A stretch of 64,000 nucleotides of DNA from Candidatus Omnitrophota bacterium. Its GTDB lineage: Bacteria; Omnitrophota; Gorgyraeia; 2-01-FULL-45-10. Positions 32,201 through 44,200 of this stretch are shown piece after piece; the first letter of the stretch is position 1; every line of letters begins with the position of its first letter. The stretch lies in the NCBI GenBank assembly GCA_041650935.1, contig JBAZKH010000001.1, positions 219,337-283,336 of the forward strand, in the 5' to 3' direction. A model generated the notes under the pieces. The model worked only from the letters and a program-made list of their open reading frames with translations. It had not been told where the DNA came from and made no database searches. The position numbers and the translations under genes were made by a program.

Positions 32201-35200
32201 TCTTAGTATCGACAGTCCCGTCATCCTTGAACATCCCGACTGGTGTAGACCTTTTACCGGGGTTCTTCAGGAGTGGCGGCAAGGCGGTATTCCGGAAAAC
32301 TTAAAGGAAGAAGACATACTGTCTATGCCGGGGATCTGGGGATGGGGTTTCCTGCTTTCGGTGCCTTTGGCAGATCCGAAAAAACCTTTGGTGGAAGACC
32401 CTATTGTCCGGAAATTGACAGAGCGGGGTTTTGTCTTTGGGCGGGATCCTCTGGATAAAGACAGGATAAGAGTGCTTGTTTGTCATCATACCAGCGATTT
32501 TGGGCCGATGCCGGATATTGCCAGCCTGGACCTCAATCATCCGGAAGTGCGCCAGTATTATCTGGATACGTTCCGGGCATGGCTGGAGGCCGGCGGCAAT
32601 GGATTCCGAATCGACCTTGCCTATCATTTCCCGTCTGAACTTTTGGGCCTCTTCAAAAAGAGATTCCCGAAGCTTACATGTATTACCGAATATTACAATG
32701 TATTCGGCCAAATGATCGATGTCCATCATCGCACAGGTATAGACGGTTTCTACGACCATGAAGAGTTATGGAAGAAGGTCCGCGATTCATTTTCAATGGC
32801 AGATTCATCAGAGCCTCTCCAGGCGTGGCTATTCGATTTCCAGAAATATCTGGCCTCTGGCGTTTTCGTACATTATCTATCCAATCATGATGAGGATACA
32901 GCCCTGAACATATTTGGCGGAGACAGGAGAAAATATCTTGCCGCTCTTGCGTTCATCGCATTCCTACCGGGGTATCTGATGATAAACTTTCCGGATGCCC
33001 TGGGATTGATGTGGCGCGGATATACTGATGCCGCCGGAAAGACGAAGTATGACATATTAAGAGAATTGCCGTTTGCGAAATTTATGAGATTAGCGCGCCG
33101 GGCCAATCAGGGCCTTGACGGTGAGACTTATGAAGGGCTGCCGTATGATGTTTCGCTATTGGGAAATGTAAATAATATAGTAGCAAGTAGATCTGCCGAT
33201 ATATTCCGCAAAGGGATCGGTTTTGTGGTCCCGAGAAGAGAAGATGGCATTGCATGGTACAAGCGTACCTATCACGGCAAGACGGCCATCGTAATGATAA
33301 ATTACTCCCCCCTTCCTAAGCAAGTCGATCTAAAAAGATATATAACAGAACCCGGCATAAATGTCGGCACCGCCCATTTCCTGCCGTTCGAGAGCCGTAT
33401 CTATTTTATAGAGGACGGCCGTCTCTCCACCCCGCGGGGAATAGTCAATTTTAACGAATTTTATAGAAAGGCGCTGGAGGAATTTTACGGCGACGTGAGT
33501 GACGGTGCGTGGGCGGAGCGGTTCTGTGTTATGTGCCGTAATGAGTTCCAGGGCCGGTCCGATAGGGATTTCAGGGCTGTCTTCAGGGATATTAAATCCG
33601 CTTTAAGGTTTATGTTCCGCTATGGCCCGGATAATGTTAAGTCCGCTGCCGACTGGATGGTGAAGGATCACGAGAAGGGACTGTGGGAACAGTTTAAGTA
33701 TGCCATAGAAGCCGATTTTTACGCAATGGCGGATCAAAGTGATCCGGATTCTCCCCAGGCCAGGCGTATTTTACGGGGGCTGCTCGAAGATACAGCTACG
33801 TTCCCAGGGTTGAGGGATACAGCATTCGGATATGTTAATAATGCACTTGGTGAAGCGTTCAATAGCGGGGACGTTATGCGGATGCGCAATATCTTTTACG
33901 TAGAGGCGGGCCTTCTCCGGCAGGAAGACGAGCTGTCGTGGGCCGGCAAATTTATCGAGAAACATAAAAACTCGTGGGCCGGCAAATTCGACGGTACGCA
34001 CAAGATCGATTGGCGTTCGGACGGGTTACTGCTTGCTTTCCGCGACGTGGTACTTGCGTGGAACCGGTCCGAGGGCCCCATGCATGACGCGGCGCAATGG
34101 ATACTATATAATTTACAGTCTGATTTTTCCGCGCCTTTCCTAGGCTATTACCGCCTGACGATAGCCGATATAAACAGCCGTCTTGAGCGCGGAGAAAGAT
34201 CGACGCTCGGTGACATGAAAGATCTTCTCTCTGAGGTTGCGGAGATACCCGGTTTAGCGGCACAGATCGGTAATGATGCTATAGGGGGCATGCATAAAGG
34301 GGTTCCCAATCTAACCAATGAAGACTCATTGGCCGGCCTGCTTGGCATGGAAGCTTCTTTGTTGCAACAAATGCATGGATCGGGCTGGGCGAAGATATTT
34401 ACGGAAAACTACAAAGATAAATGGCAAGGTCCTTCAGGGCGGGAGCAGAACAGGGTGTTTCTTGCGGCTTTCCGCAACGTAGCGCTTGATTGGAACTCCA
34501 GCAATGACGAGTCCACCAGTTTTGCCGCCAAATGGATGCTCTATAATCCCGATTCTCCGTATTCGGCCGAATTTTCAAGACCTTATGTGGAAGAGCTCGA
34601 TGAGATAGGGCGGGCATTTAAAAAGCCGGGCTCGCCGGCTTTTGATGCGCTGGCGGCATTCCTTGCCCGTGCCGATAAGATATCGGGCTTAAGAGAGCAT
34701 CTTACCGGCAAGGCTATCGAGACGGTGCGCGGTGCGGCAGAGTCATGCTCGGGAGATCGGCTTAAGAGCCTTCTCCGTCTCGAGGCGAACTTCCTGAAGG
34801 AGTTGCGCCGCGAAGGATGGGCGCGCGAATTCATCGAAAGCCATCGCAAACAGTGGAAAGACCATGACTTTACGGATGTAATTCTCGAATGGAACCGCAG
34901 CGAAGACGTTCCAACCTTTGCGGCGGCCCAATGGATGCTATTTGGTCCGGATTCTAATTTTTCATCGGTATTTTTCGATAAGTATAAAAGCGATATCAAT
35001 GACATGCTGGAGAGCGTAAAGAAGACGCCATCGGAGCATGGTCCAGAGGTTTCCCGTACCCTGGAGTTGCTGCTTCATGATGCGCGATATATACGGGGGC
35101 TTAACAAGCGCCTCCTCGAAGAGATGACTCAAAGGATAAATATTGGACATGCGCCCGAGGATATTGTCTTCTATTGTGAGATAGCCGCCGAACTGGCCCG

Positions 35201-38200
35201 TGCTCAAGCCGACCCGCAACTCGCTGCCAGGATATTTAAATTGGTGCAGGATGCCCGTTCACACCCTCCGCAGCCCGAGCTATCCGCTTTCCTTATGACG
35301 TATAACCTGTTTATATTAACCGTATCGTTCGTCACCTGGTTGACGGGGGAGATGCTGGGCACAAATAATCTGATAGGTTTGTATGGAATGTCAGGATATC
35401 TATTTGCCGTCTTCCTGCCGTTTGCCGCATCTATTCTTGTCCATGAATTCGCGGACTATTTCGCCACATGGATCAAGACAGGAGAACGCCCCTACTTACC
35501 AAGATTCAAAGGATTATCATTACAGGTCACGCCGTCTTTCGAAGGCCAGGAGATCGTAAACATCGGCCCGTACGCCAGCGCCGCATTAACATTCATCGCC
35601 TTACCTATATTATACCTTGCAGGAGTAAGTCCGCTCTTCCTGGCCATTACAGCCGCCTACTCATTCGTCCACACTATATTCAGCGATAACTTCCTGTTCC
35701 TGAAGGCGGCCGCCAAAAAGCTTGGAATGCTACAAGCAACATATTGGTGGAACGAAAAAAAACACGGCGGGATCCTATGCTCGCTATTCTCCGGTAAAAG
35801 GAAGGATGACCAGGGCATAGGCGATCTTAAGTGGCTGGATATGTTTATAGATTTTGCCGACAAACAGGGTGCAGATATGATTTTCCTGCTTCCTACAACC
35901 CAGATAAATCCGGGTGGGATCCCCGGCCTTTCAACGCCTTATGGCAGTATAAGTACATTTGCGCAAAGCGCCATCATGTACCTTCCTCTTGACGAATATC
36001 TGGACAAAGCAAAGCTTGGCGAATATATCGATTCGTTTGTCGCGGGCGACGAAGCGAAGAGGCAAAAATTATTGGAAGCCCTGCGGTCGCGGAAGATCGA
36101 CTACCCGTTCATCTATGCGTTTAAGAAACATTGCTGGTGGCAGGTATTCAAAGACCGCTATCCGGGAATGAGCGTCGACGAGAACACCGAGTTCGATTCG
36201 TACGTGCGGCAAAACAGGGATTGGATTGAAGATTACTCGCTATTCCATGCTCTTTTTGCCAAATTTGATAAGGCGTGGTGGGATTGGGACGATAAATACA
36301 AAAATCGGGACGAGAAAGCGCTGGATGAGGCCAGAGAAACATGCAAAGAAGAGATATCGTTCTACAAGTATATGCAGTGGCTTTACGATAAGCGATGGAA
36401 AGAAGTAAGAGTGCATGCCCGCGAAAAGGGTAAACGTATAATAGGTGATATGCCGCTTTATCCCGAACCAAATAGCGCCGATGTTTGGGCGTATCAGGAC
36501 TTGTTTATCGGATCGAAACGCGCCGGCGCGCCCCCAGAACCAGGCATTTCAGATTTAGGACAGAAATGGCAATTCTGGCCGTATAACTGGAAGTATAAAA
36601 GTAAGGAGGTGCTGGGATTCCTTGAAAAACGTATACGGCATATGGCGCAACTCTATGATGGTATCCGTATAGATCACGTTTTAGGGCTTCTTCAGGAGTG
36701 GAATGTGGACAAAAGTGACGAAGTAAAACCCACCGAAGGTGAGTGGGTTCCGGAAGATAATAAGGTAGCTATAAAATTCGGCAGAAAAAATCTCCGCCGG
36801 TTAGCAAAGGTAGCCGCCCGGACAAATACGCTGCTTATAGGAGAAGATATAGGCGGCAGAGATAAGTCTATCATAAAAATGATGGACGATGTTTGTGAAA
36901 GGCTGCCCAACTTCTATCTTTTCCATATGATAGGCTGGTTGGAAGATAAGAGGCAGGATAAAAAGCATCTATGGACGTTTGACGCCGGCCACGATCAGCC
37001 GTGCCGCTTTGCTTTCCGTTGGGAAGAAATGAAAAGCGTTAATAATGAGATAGATATGAGAGGGGTGAGGCATTTCTTAGCCTCTCATGGCGAGACCATC
37101 GCCGATTCCGATACTCCGGAAGATGTGGAGAAGAAGGTGTCGAGGGCCTTGAGGCGGATGCCGTTCTACTCGTTTACATTGCAGGCATTGCTGAAAGCGC
37201 CGAAAGAAGCCAGGATAAATTCGCCGGGCACGCAGAATTTTGAGAACTGGTCATGGAGATCGCAGGATATCGAAGATCTTCTGGAGATGGAAGACCTTGG
37301 CTATTACTACAGGGAGGAACCGCTGGCTGTCGCGGAGGAAAAGAATAACCGCGGGGTCGGTACGCCGTTTGCCGGGGACGCCGCGTTTTCGAATGACAAT
37401 GTATCGGTCAGTTCGCTCATTGCCGGTCTTGGGCTGAAGCCGGGAGCGAGCCAGGACGATATCGACGGAGTGATTATAGAAGCCGTCAATGACCCGGCCG
37501 GTAACGACACATTATTGCAGATATTAGGTTTTAATAAAACACAAAGAGAGGCCCTGGCTCAGGCCTTAATGCCCTCGCCTAAAGTGAGAAGCCTTTTCGA
37601 AAAAGAGAGAAATTTTGCGGGGATTGAGTATATAGTCAGAGTCCCGGGCATTAAAGAGGCAAGGATAGAGAGTGCCCGCGAGAAGGTAATGCTGGGTATC
37701 CAATGCTGGCATGATTACGGGCACAAATTTGCAAAGTTTGTGGCACTCGCTTACAATATCAAAAAGGGCGACAAGGAAGATGAAGTGCGCGGAAAGATAG
37801 AAAAGATCATGGGGGAATACGCACCAATTTTAAGGGACAGGGAATTCCTGGAAAAGATGTCTGACTATTTTGAGCATTATCCGCCGGTTATGCTATCGCT
37901 TGTTTACGTTTTGTGGGCCCAGATACGCGCCGGCCCGGAAGAGGAGATCAAGCCCTTAACAGAAGCCCTTCTTAAAGTTTCACGGATTAATATTGGCACG
38001 CCGTTAGAATATATCCCATATTATAAATTAATTGCTGTAAAGTATCTAGCCCTCTTAGGCGTAGATAATACCCACTCCATAATAGTTCCGCTTGCCCAGC
38101 ATCCTCAGGAGGATGATTTCTTTAGGACCGCTTTTCAGACACTTGTATTTATAGCTGCATCTAACAGGCTGAGAAGCCTCTTTGACTTTGTAGGTCCCAA

Positions 38201-41200
38201 GGCAGATCCTAAAGCGGCCAGGCTTGCCGTAAGGATTGTGGTTGCGGCACACCCGGCCGATAGCGTCTACGCAAAGTTCCTTGATCTTGCGGCGCAATAC
38301 CCTGATGCTGAAGTCCGGCGCATGGCCGAAGAGGCTAAAGAGAAGGCGTTTCCTTCTTCCGCTGCTCCGTGGGAAATCGATGATCAGGCTAACCGGGCAG
38401 CCGATCCTAATGACGGCTTGACTCCGACTGATATGTGGGGCGAAGAAGATCTTTCGGGAAAAGCTCCCCAAAAAGAGGATGGCGAGATATACCAGCAAGT
38501 TCAATTGATGCTGCAGGTTGCGCCTCCGGTTCTCGTTGAAGTAACCAATATAAAAGTTTGGAAGCGATTGTTGCAGGAATTAGGACACAAAGGTGAAGCG
38601 TACTTTCTGGGCGAGACAGATGATATGCCGCTCAAGACAACCGCCGCATGGGCAAATAAAATCTATCCTGAGCATACCTCGGAGGATGTTCAGCATATAT
38701 ATGAAGATGCCACGCGCATACCGCTTGCAAACATGTTTAAGATGTTTGTGTTCGGCGATTTTCCCGCCGTAAAGTTTCATGAGAGGCTGCACGCTGCCAT
38801 GTCCTTAAGAGCGCTAAAGGAAGGCACTTTATATAGAAAAGAAGACGATTCAGTCTTTAATGGTACGGAAAGAAATGATGCCAAAGCGCTGAAGGCTCTA
38901 TCGGGTAAGTATGACGATGCGAGGGAAGCCTTCAGGGGGCTGGAAAGCGCTTTAAGTAATTATCCTGGCGGGGAATTATCCCAGGAATTATTCGCGTGGC
39001 TGGGTACAATTGATCGTTATCCGGATTTTATAGGGAAACCTTCTTTCCCTGAAGGCTCGGAGGAGGCCGAATATTTAAAGCATTACTTTGATCCAAAAAA
39101 GAGAAGCACGGCCGTAATGCTTGAGCCCACACGGCAATTTATTGCGGTCGCCCGGAGACATCCTGAGATCGTGGAATTTCTGCGCCAATATTATGGAAGG
39201 CTCCAAAAATTCACCCAGGAGACTGCGCCATTTCTCGGTTTTACAAGCGGCCAGATAGCGGCGGCGTTTGGAGGGTATGCGCCTCGAAACGGCGGCGGAG
39301 GAGCGGGGATGGTCTTGGGTTGGGCGCCGTTAAAAAAACGGCACGGATGGTTGCCGACAAGCTGGATGTTGTTTCTGCCGATCTTTGGCCTTTATGTTGT
39401 GGATTGGAATCGCGGTATCAATAGGCCGGAACCGCCGGAAATACCTGTTTTTGAAAATGGCCACGCTGGTGGTGAACTCTTTTGTTTAAGCAAAAAGAGG
39501 GCTATGATACCGGTAGCGGGTGCTGTCAAGGTAAAACGGGACGGAGAATATATCGTATTTTATCATGAGAATGAGGCGGATGTCCTTTATACAAAAGATG
39601 GGGAAGAGGCGCGTATTAAAGTAATAAGTGAAGATCAAAATTCCGGAATCGCGATTATCGAGGAGAATAACAATATCTGCGGGTTCAACGGTGAAAATGT
39701 GGCTTATGCAACGCGTGCCGTTTTGAATAGAGAGGTAGAGTTCTTTAGAGAAAGGAGGCTCCGGCATTACGCTGCCGCGCCCTTGACGGCAAAAAAGAAA
39801 GAACCTATCGATGATCCTGTATCCCTGAACCGGAGGGTGACGGAAGATGTTAGCCACAATCTAAAGCGCCTGACCCGCGACGGCCTGGTCTTTATGGATA
39901 TTTGCGCCGGGCTTTTTAAATTGATAAAAAAACGCCCACCGTCAAATTATGCGGAACTTTCCAGATGGGTGGATTCAAAGGACCATTCAAATACGCCTTT
40001 CCCCGCAAGGGAAGATTTGGATTACGATCTTGACGCTTTAATGGAAGGCCATTCTTCGTTCAGCCTGATCCGGCAAAGATTGAATTTTCCGGCGGTCGAT
40101 ATTAGTGAATACAACTGGCTCAGGCAGGGATGGGCTGTGCTCTGTCCGGAATTGATAACTTTGCTGAAAGAATACGGAAATGACCGGCAAAAGGGCTACG
40201 CGGCAATGTGGGATCACCTGAATGAACTTTCATCCGCCGCTAAAATTGTAATGGTTGGCAATGCGCTGGAAGAAGAGGTGAGAATACGCCGTGAATTGTC
40301 TGAAGGTGAACGTTTGGAACTTGTCAAAATCAAGTTATTGTCGAAGCTTGCCGTCGAGCATCCGGGTGTCCTTATAGGAATAGTCAGGCAGTTATACGGA
40401 TTGCGGTATTACCATGAGCTAGGCATTATAGAGGATATGTACGCGAGGATTGAATGCGATATTCCGCTTGAGATAAAAGATATAGTTATCGATGCTTCGC
40501 AAAAGATAGACATAGCGAAAAAACTACATCGCATATATGGGCTGCCTTTAGAAGAGGGCCTTTATTGCGTGACGGACGAAGAGATAAATGGCCGCCTGAA
40601 AGAGAAATTTCTAACTGCCGAAAATAGCAACCGCCTGTCGTTTGAGAAACTCAAGAATCTTATAATGGTACTGGATAATTTTGTCAATGCACCGCCCTAC
40701 TCTAAAAGCGCTAAAGTAAGTGCGAAAAAAGATCTCAGGTTCAATGATTATGAACGAGCCTCAAATATCGTGCATCGGTTAAGAGCGATAGACGAGCATA
40801 GGTTTGCCGTTACCTTGCAGAGGTTAGAAAGGGTGGTGAGCAGGTGGGAAGAACGCGTTGATCGCCAAGGCGCTTATTCGCAAGCCGGTTTGGTAAAATT
40901 GCTATGGACTTTCTGGCATTCGACAAATATCGGTGAGGAGATGGCCAGATATACAACCGATATGATAGGCAAGCCGCCTGTCTTTACCGACCTTAAGTAC
41001 AACATTATCTTCGGAATAGAGGACGATGTCAGCGCGGGCCCAAAGAAGTCGAAGGCGAAACCGGGGAGGCCAAGAGGCTCATATAAGAAAAAAGCCGGCA
41101 AAGACAGCATAGAGCCCGGCATGCTTGACGCGGTTCTCGCCGTAGGCAGGTGGTGGTATAACAAGGTAAAGAAGCTGGGTCTGGACGAAGAAGATCTGCG

Positions 41201-44200
41201 CGACAGGACCGCCCTTAACATAGCGCCGTGGCTCGAAGAGACGGTTAAAGGTATAATCTTCGCGGGCATATACGCATTGCTTTGCTGTTACAACCCCGCA
41301 CATCCGTTATTGAATATCGCTATGTTTACGGTAATGGACATAGGAGTCGGCATAGTATTTACGCTCCTTCATCTGGACAGTGCCAGGGCTCCGCCTCAGA
41401 CCCCGAGAGATATTCTTATCGCTCCCGCGTTGATAAGCCTTTTCGACGCCATTATGTTCCCATTGGCCGTCATTGTTACTACGCTGACCGTATCAAATTC
41501 TATCCTTATAGTCATAGCCATAATGATGATCGCGATTCCCCAGGTCACCATATTCCATTATGAGATAAACAGAAGAGTCTACGAATTGCGCAAAGAAGGC
41601 GCGAATTTAGGGTACGCCATGCTGGGCGGCGATAAGCCGTCCGCCGCGGCGGGTGAGGCGGTAAGCGATCCGTCAGGATCGGCAAATATTACCCGGCGCA
41701 TAGCAGATATCCTTTCCGACGGCCGTCCTAGGGCGCGTGAAAAGTTGGTACGCATGTTTAAAGGTAGTATACCGTCGGATCAGGTAATGGATGCAATAGA
41801 TAAGATGATAGAGTTGCGCGATATTACAGAAGACGGAAGCGTCCTGAGAAGCGAGTCGTCCTTAGTGTCTCCAGAAGAATTGCTTATTAGAGACGCGGTA
41901 AGATTCATGGCAGATGCAGGGTATCCCATCAGTCCGAAAAGAAATGAGTATTTAAGCGCGGAAGATGAACGGAGGCTTGTTGAGGATGGGAGTGAAAAGT
42001 CCAAGCATATCCTTCTCTTGTCTCAACTATTATGGATCAAGAGCCACGCCGAATATCTTCACCGGAGAAATCGCGGCATTCCGGTTATTGATTTTATGCA
42101 TGCGGGGATAAAAGCGGTTAACGATGTTTTGAATGAAGAAGATGCCGCGACGCGGTTCGACCCGTCTAAGAGCCGGCTAAGCACCTACGTAAAACGCCCT
42201 ATTACGTGGAAGATGGCCAAGCTGGTTGAAAAAAAATCTCCCTTGAGATTACAAAGCATTAGCCATGACAAGGAACTTGCGTATAGAGACGCGGGACCTA
42301 TGCCTCAGGCGTCCCGGGCCCAAAAAGATGAAATCAGGAAACTCCTTCTCTATGTAGACGAACGGGAAAGCGAGATAATCCAGCTATTTTTTGGGCTGAA
42401 CGGAGTTTCGTTATCCCCGGAGGAGATCAGTGTCTTGTACAAAGGCCGCCTATTGCCGGATTCGATTCAAAATAGCGTATCGAATATCTTGAAAAAGCTG
42501 GGCTTGCCGAAAGACGGAGGACAGGGCTGTGTCGCGCCGCTTAGCCCGTCTCAGAGAGAGCACCTTTTCTCGCTTAAAACGATCCGCATGGTGGAAGATT
42601 TTATGAATAATCCGCAGAGGGCCGATAGGCTAGCGCCGCGCGACCGTGAAGTCATCCGGCTGATGTACGGGTTGGAAGGCCGGCAAACGCTCTCTTCAAG
42701 AAGCACGGCCGGTCTTTTAGGCATAGCCCATAGCCGGGTCGACCAATTGCGCGATAGGGCAATGTCGAAAATCAGGAAAGAGTATGAATCGACATGGGAA
42801 GAGGCTAGCCGCATGGCCGGCGGCATTACGGAAGAGGAGATGTGCCTGGCCCATGAAGAGGCGATCAGGAAACTGCAGTTCGACGATGATTTTACTCCAA
42901 ACGGCAACCTTCCCACCGTATACGAATTTGCTTTAGAACTTCCGCATAGAGCAGAGAACCTTAGCGTAAAAATGGTTAAGCGTTTGATCGATATTTATAA
43001 TTTAAGGCATCCGGCAGCTCCTCTGGAGTTTCGCGGATATTCGACGCCGGGCACCCTCGGGGAACCGGAGCCGCTGCCGGTGACGGACGGTCTGCGTGAA
43101 AGCGCCGGCTATTCAATGGAAGCTTTGGTGAATGGGGAGGTTTTGACGCCCCGGGCCAATTTCGTTTCGTTGATAGCCAGGCAGAAGGCTCTTGCATATA
43201 GCATAGAACAAGGCGACCTGCCGCGCGTGAAGAGCCAGGTTACTCAGGCTATTACCAGGCTGAGTATGCGCGCGCGAAACTTACAGGCCGGGAAAGTAGC
43301 GAGAAAACTTGTAGGATCACCCGCCGTAAAACTTGCGAATAACAAAAATTTATTAGGCAATGCGGTAGGTTATCTGCAGAAGTTGGTAGAAGCAGGCATG
43401 GTCTTTTCCAGCGAGCCTGCCGGTACAGATATTCCCGCCTGTGCCTTAGGCAGTGCGGCGCTTGTCCTGGAGGAGCGTTTGCTTCAAGGGGATGCGCTGA
43501 TCTTCGATTTAATGCTTGCCAAAGAAGGATATACGCTATATGCGAACTCTGTAGGCAGTAAGCGCGATGCTTTTGACAAAGAAGCGCGTGGCATGATGGC
43601 AGCGTTTGCGGTCTATTGCACTTTCAGTGGTGATGAGAGAAAACATTTAGAAAGCATATATGTTCTTAAAGATGGAACCGGTAAAAAGAAACTCGGCTTC
43701 CTGCCGCTTTTAAAAAATATATATGACAAGGCCGTGATCAATGAAGCATTCGACATCGAGGGGCCGATCAAGGAGTACGTTAAAGGTGCCTACCCCGGTA
43801 TCGAAAACGAAGAGAGTTTTAAATTGACCAGGGAGGATTTATCTGTAGGCAGCCAAAATGACCTATTACCCGCCTATGATCCCGAATTTTTAAAATCTAC
43901 CAGGAGGCATCCGTGCAATATTACCGAACTTCCGGACGGTTTTAATTATAGCCGCATTGTAAGTGTTGGAACAAAGAGTGTGGTTGTGAAGGTCTATAAG
44001 CCAAAGGCTGGGTCGACCGATTACGATCTTCTAAGTATAAAATATTACAATGATTTTCAAGGAGAGGGAACTATAACACTAACGGCAAAAACCGGTGGTG
44101 AATATACTTTAGGTGGAGAAGGCGGACTGCCGTGTTATGATGCGGCAGGCATGATCGCACACCTTAACGGAACCCGAGTTGCCTTAAGGGCTATTTTAGA

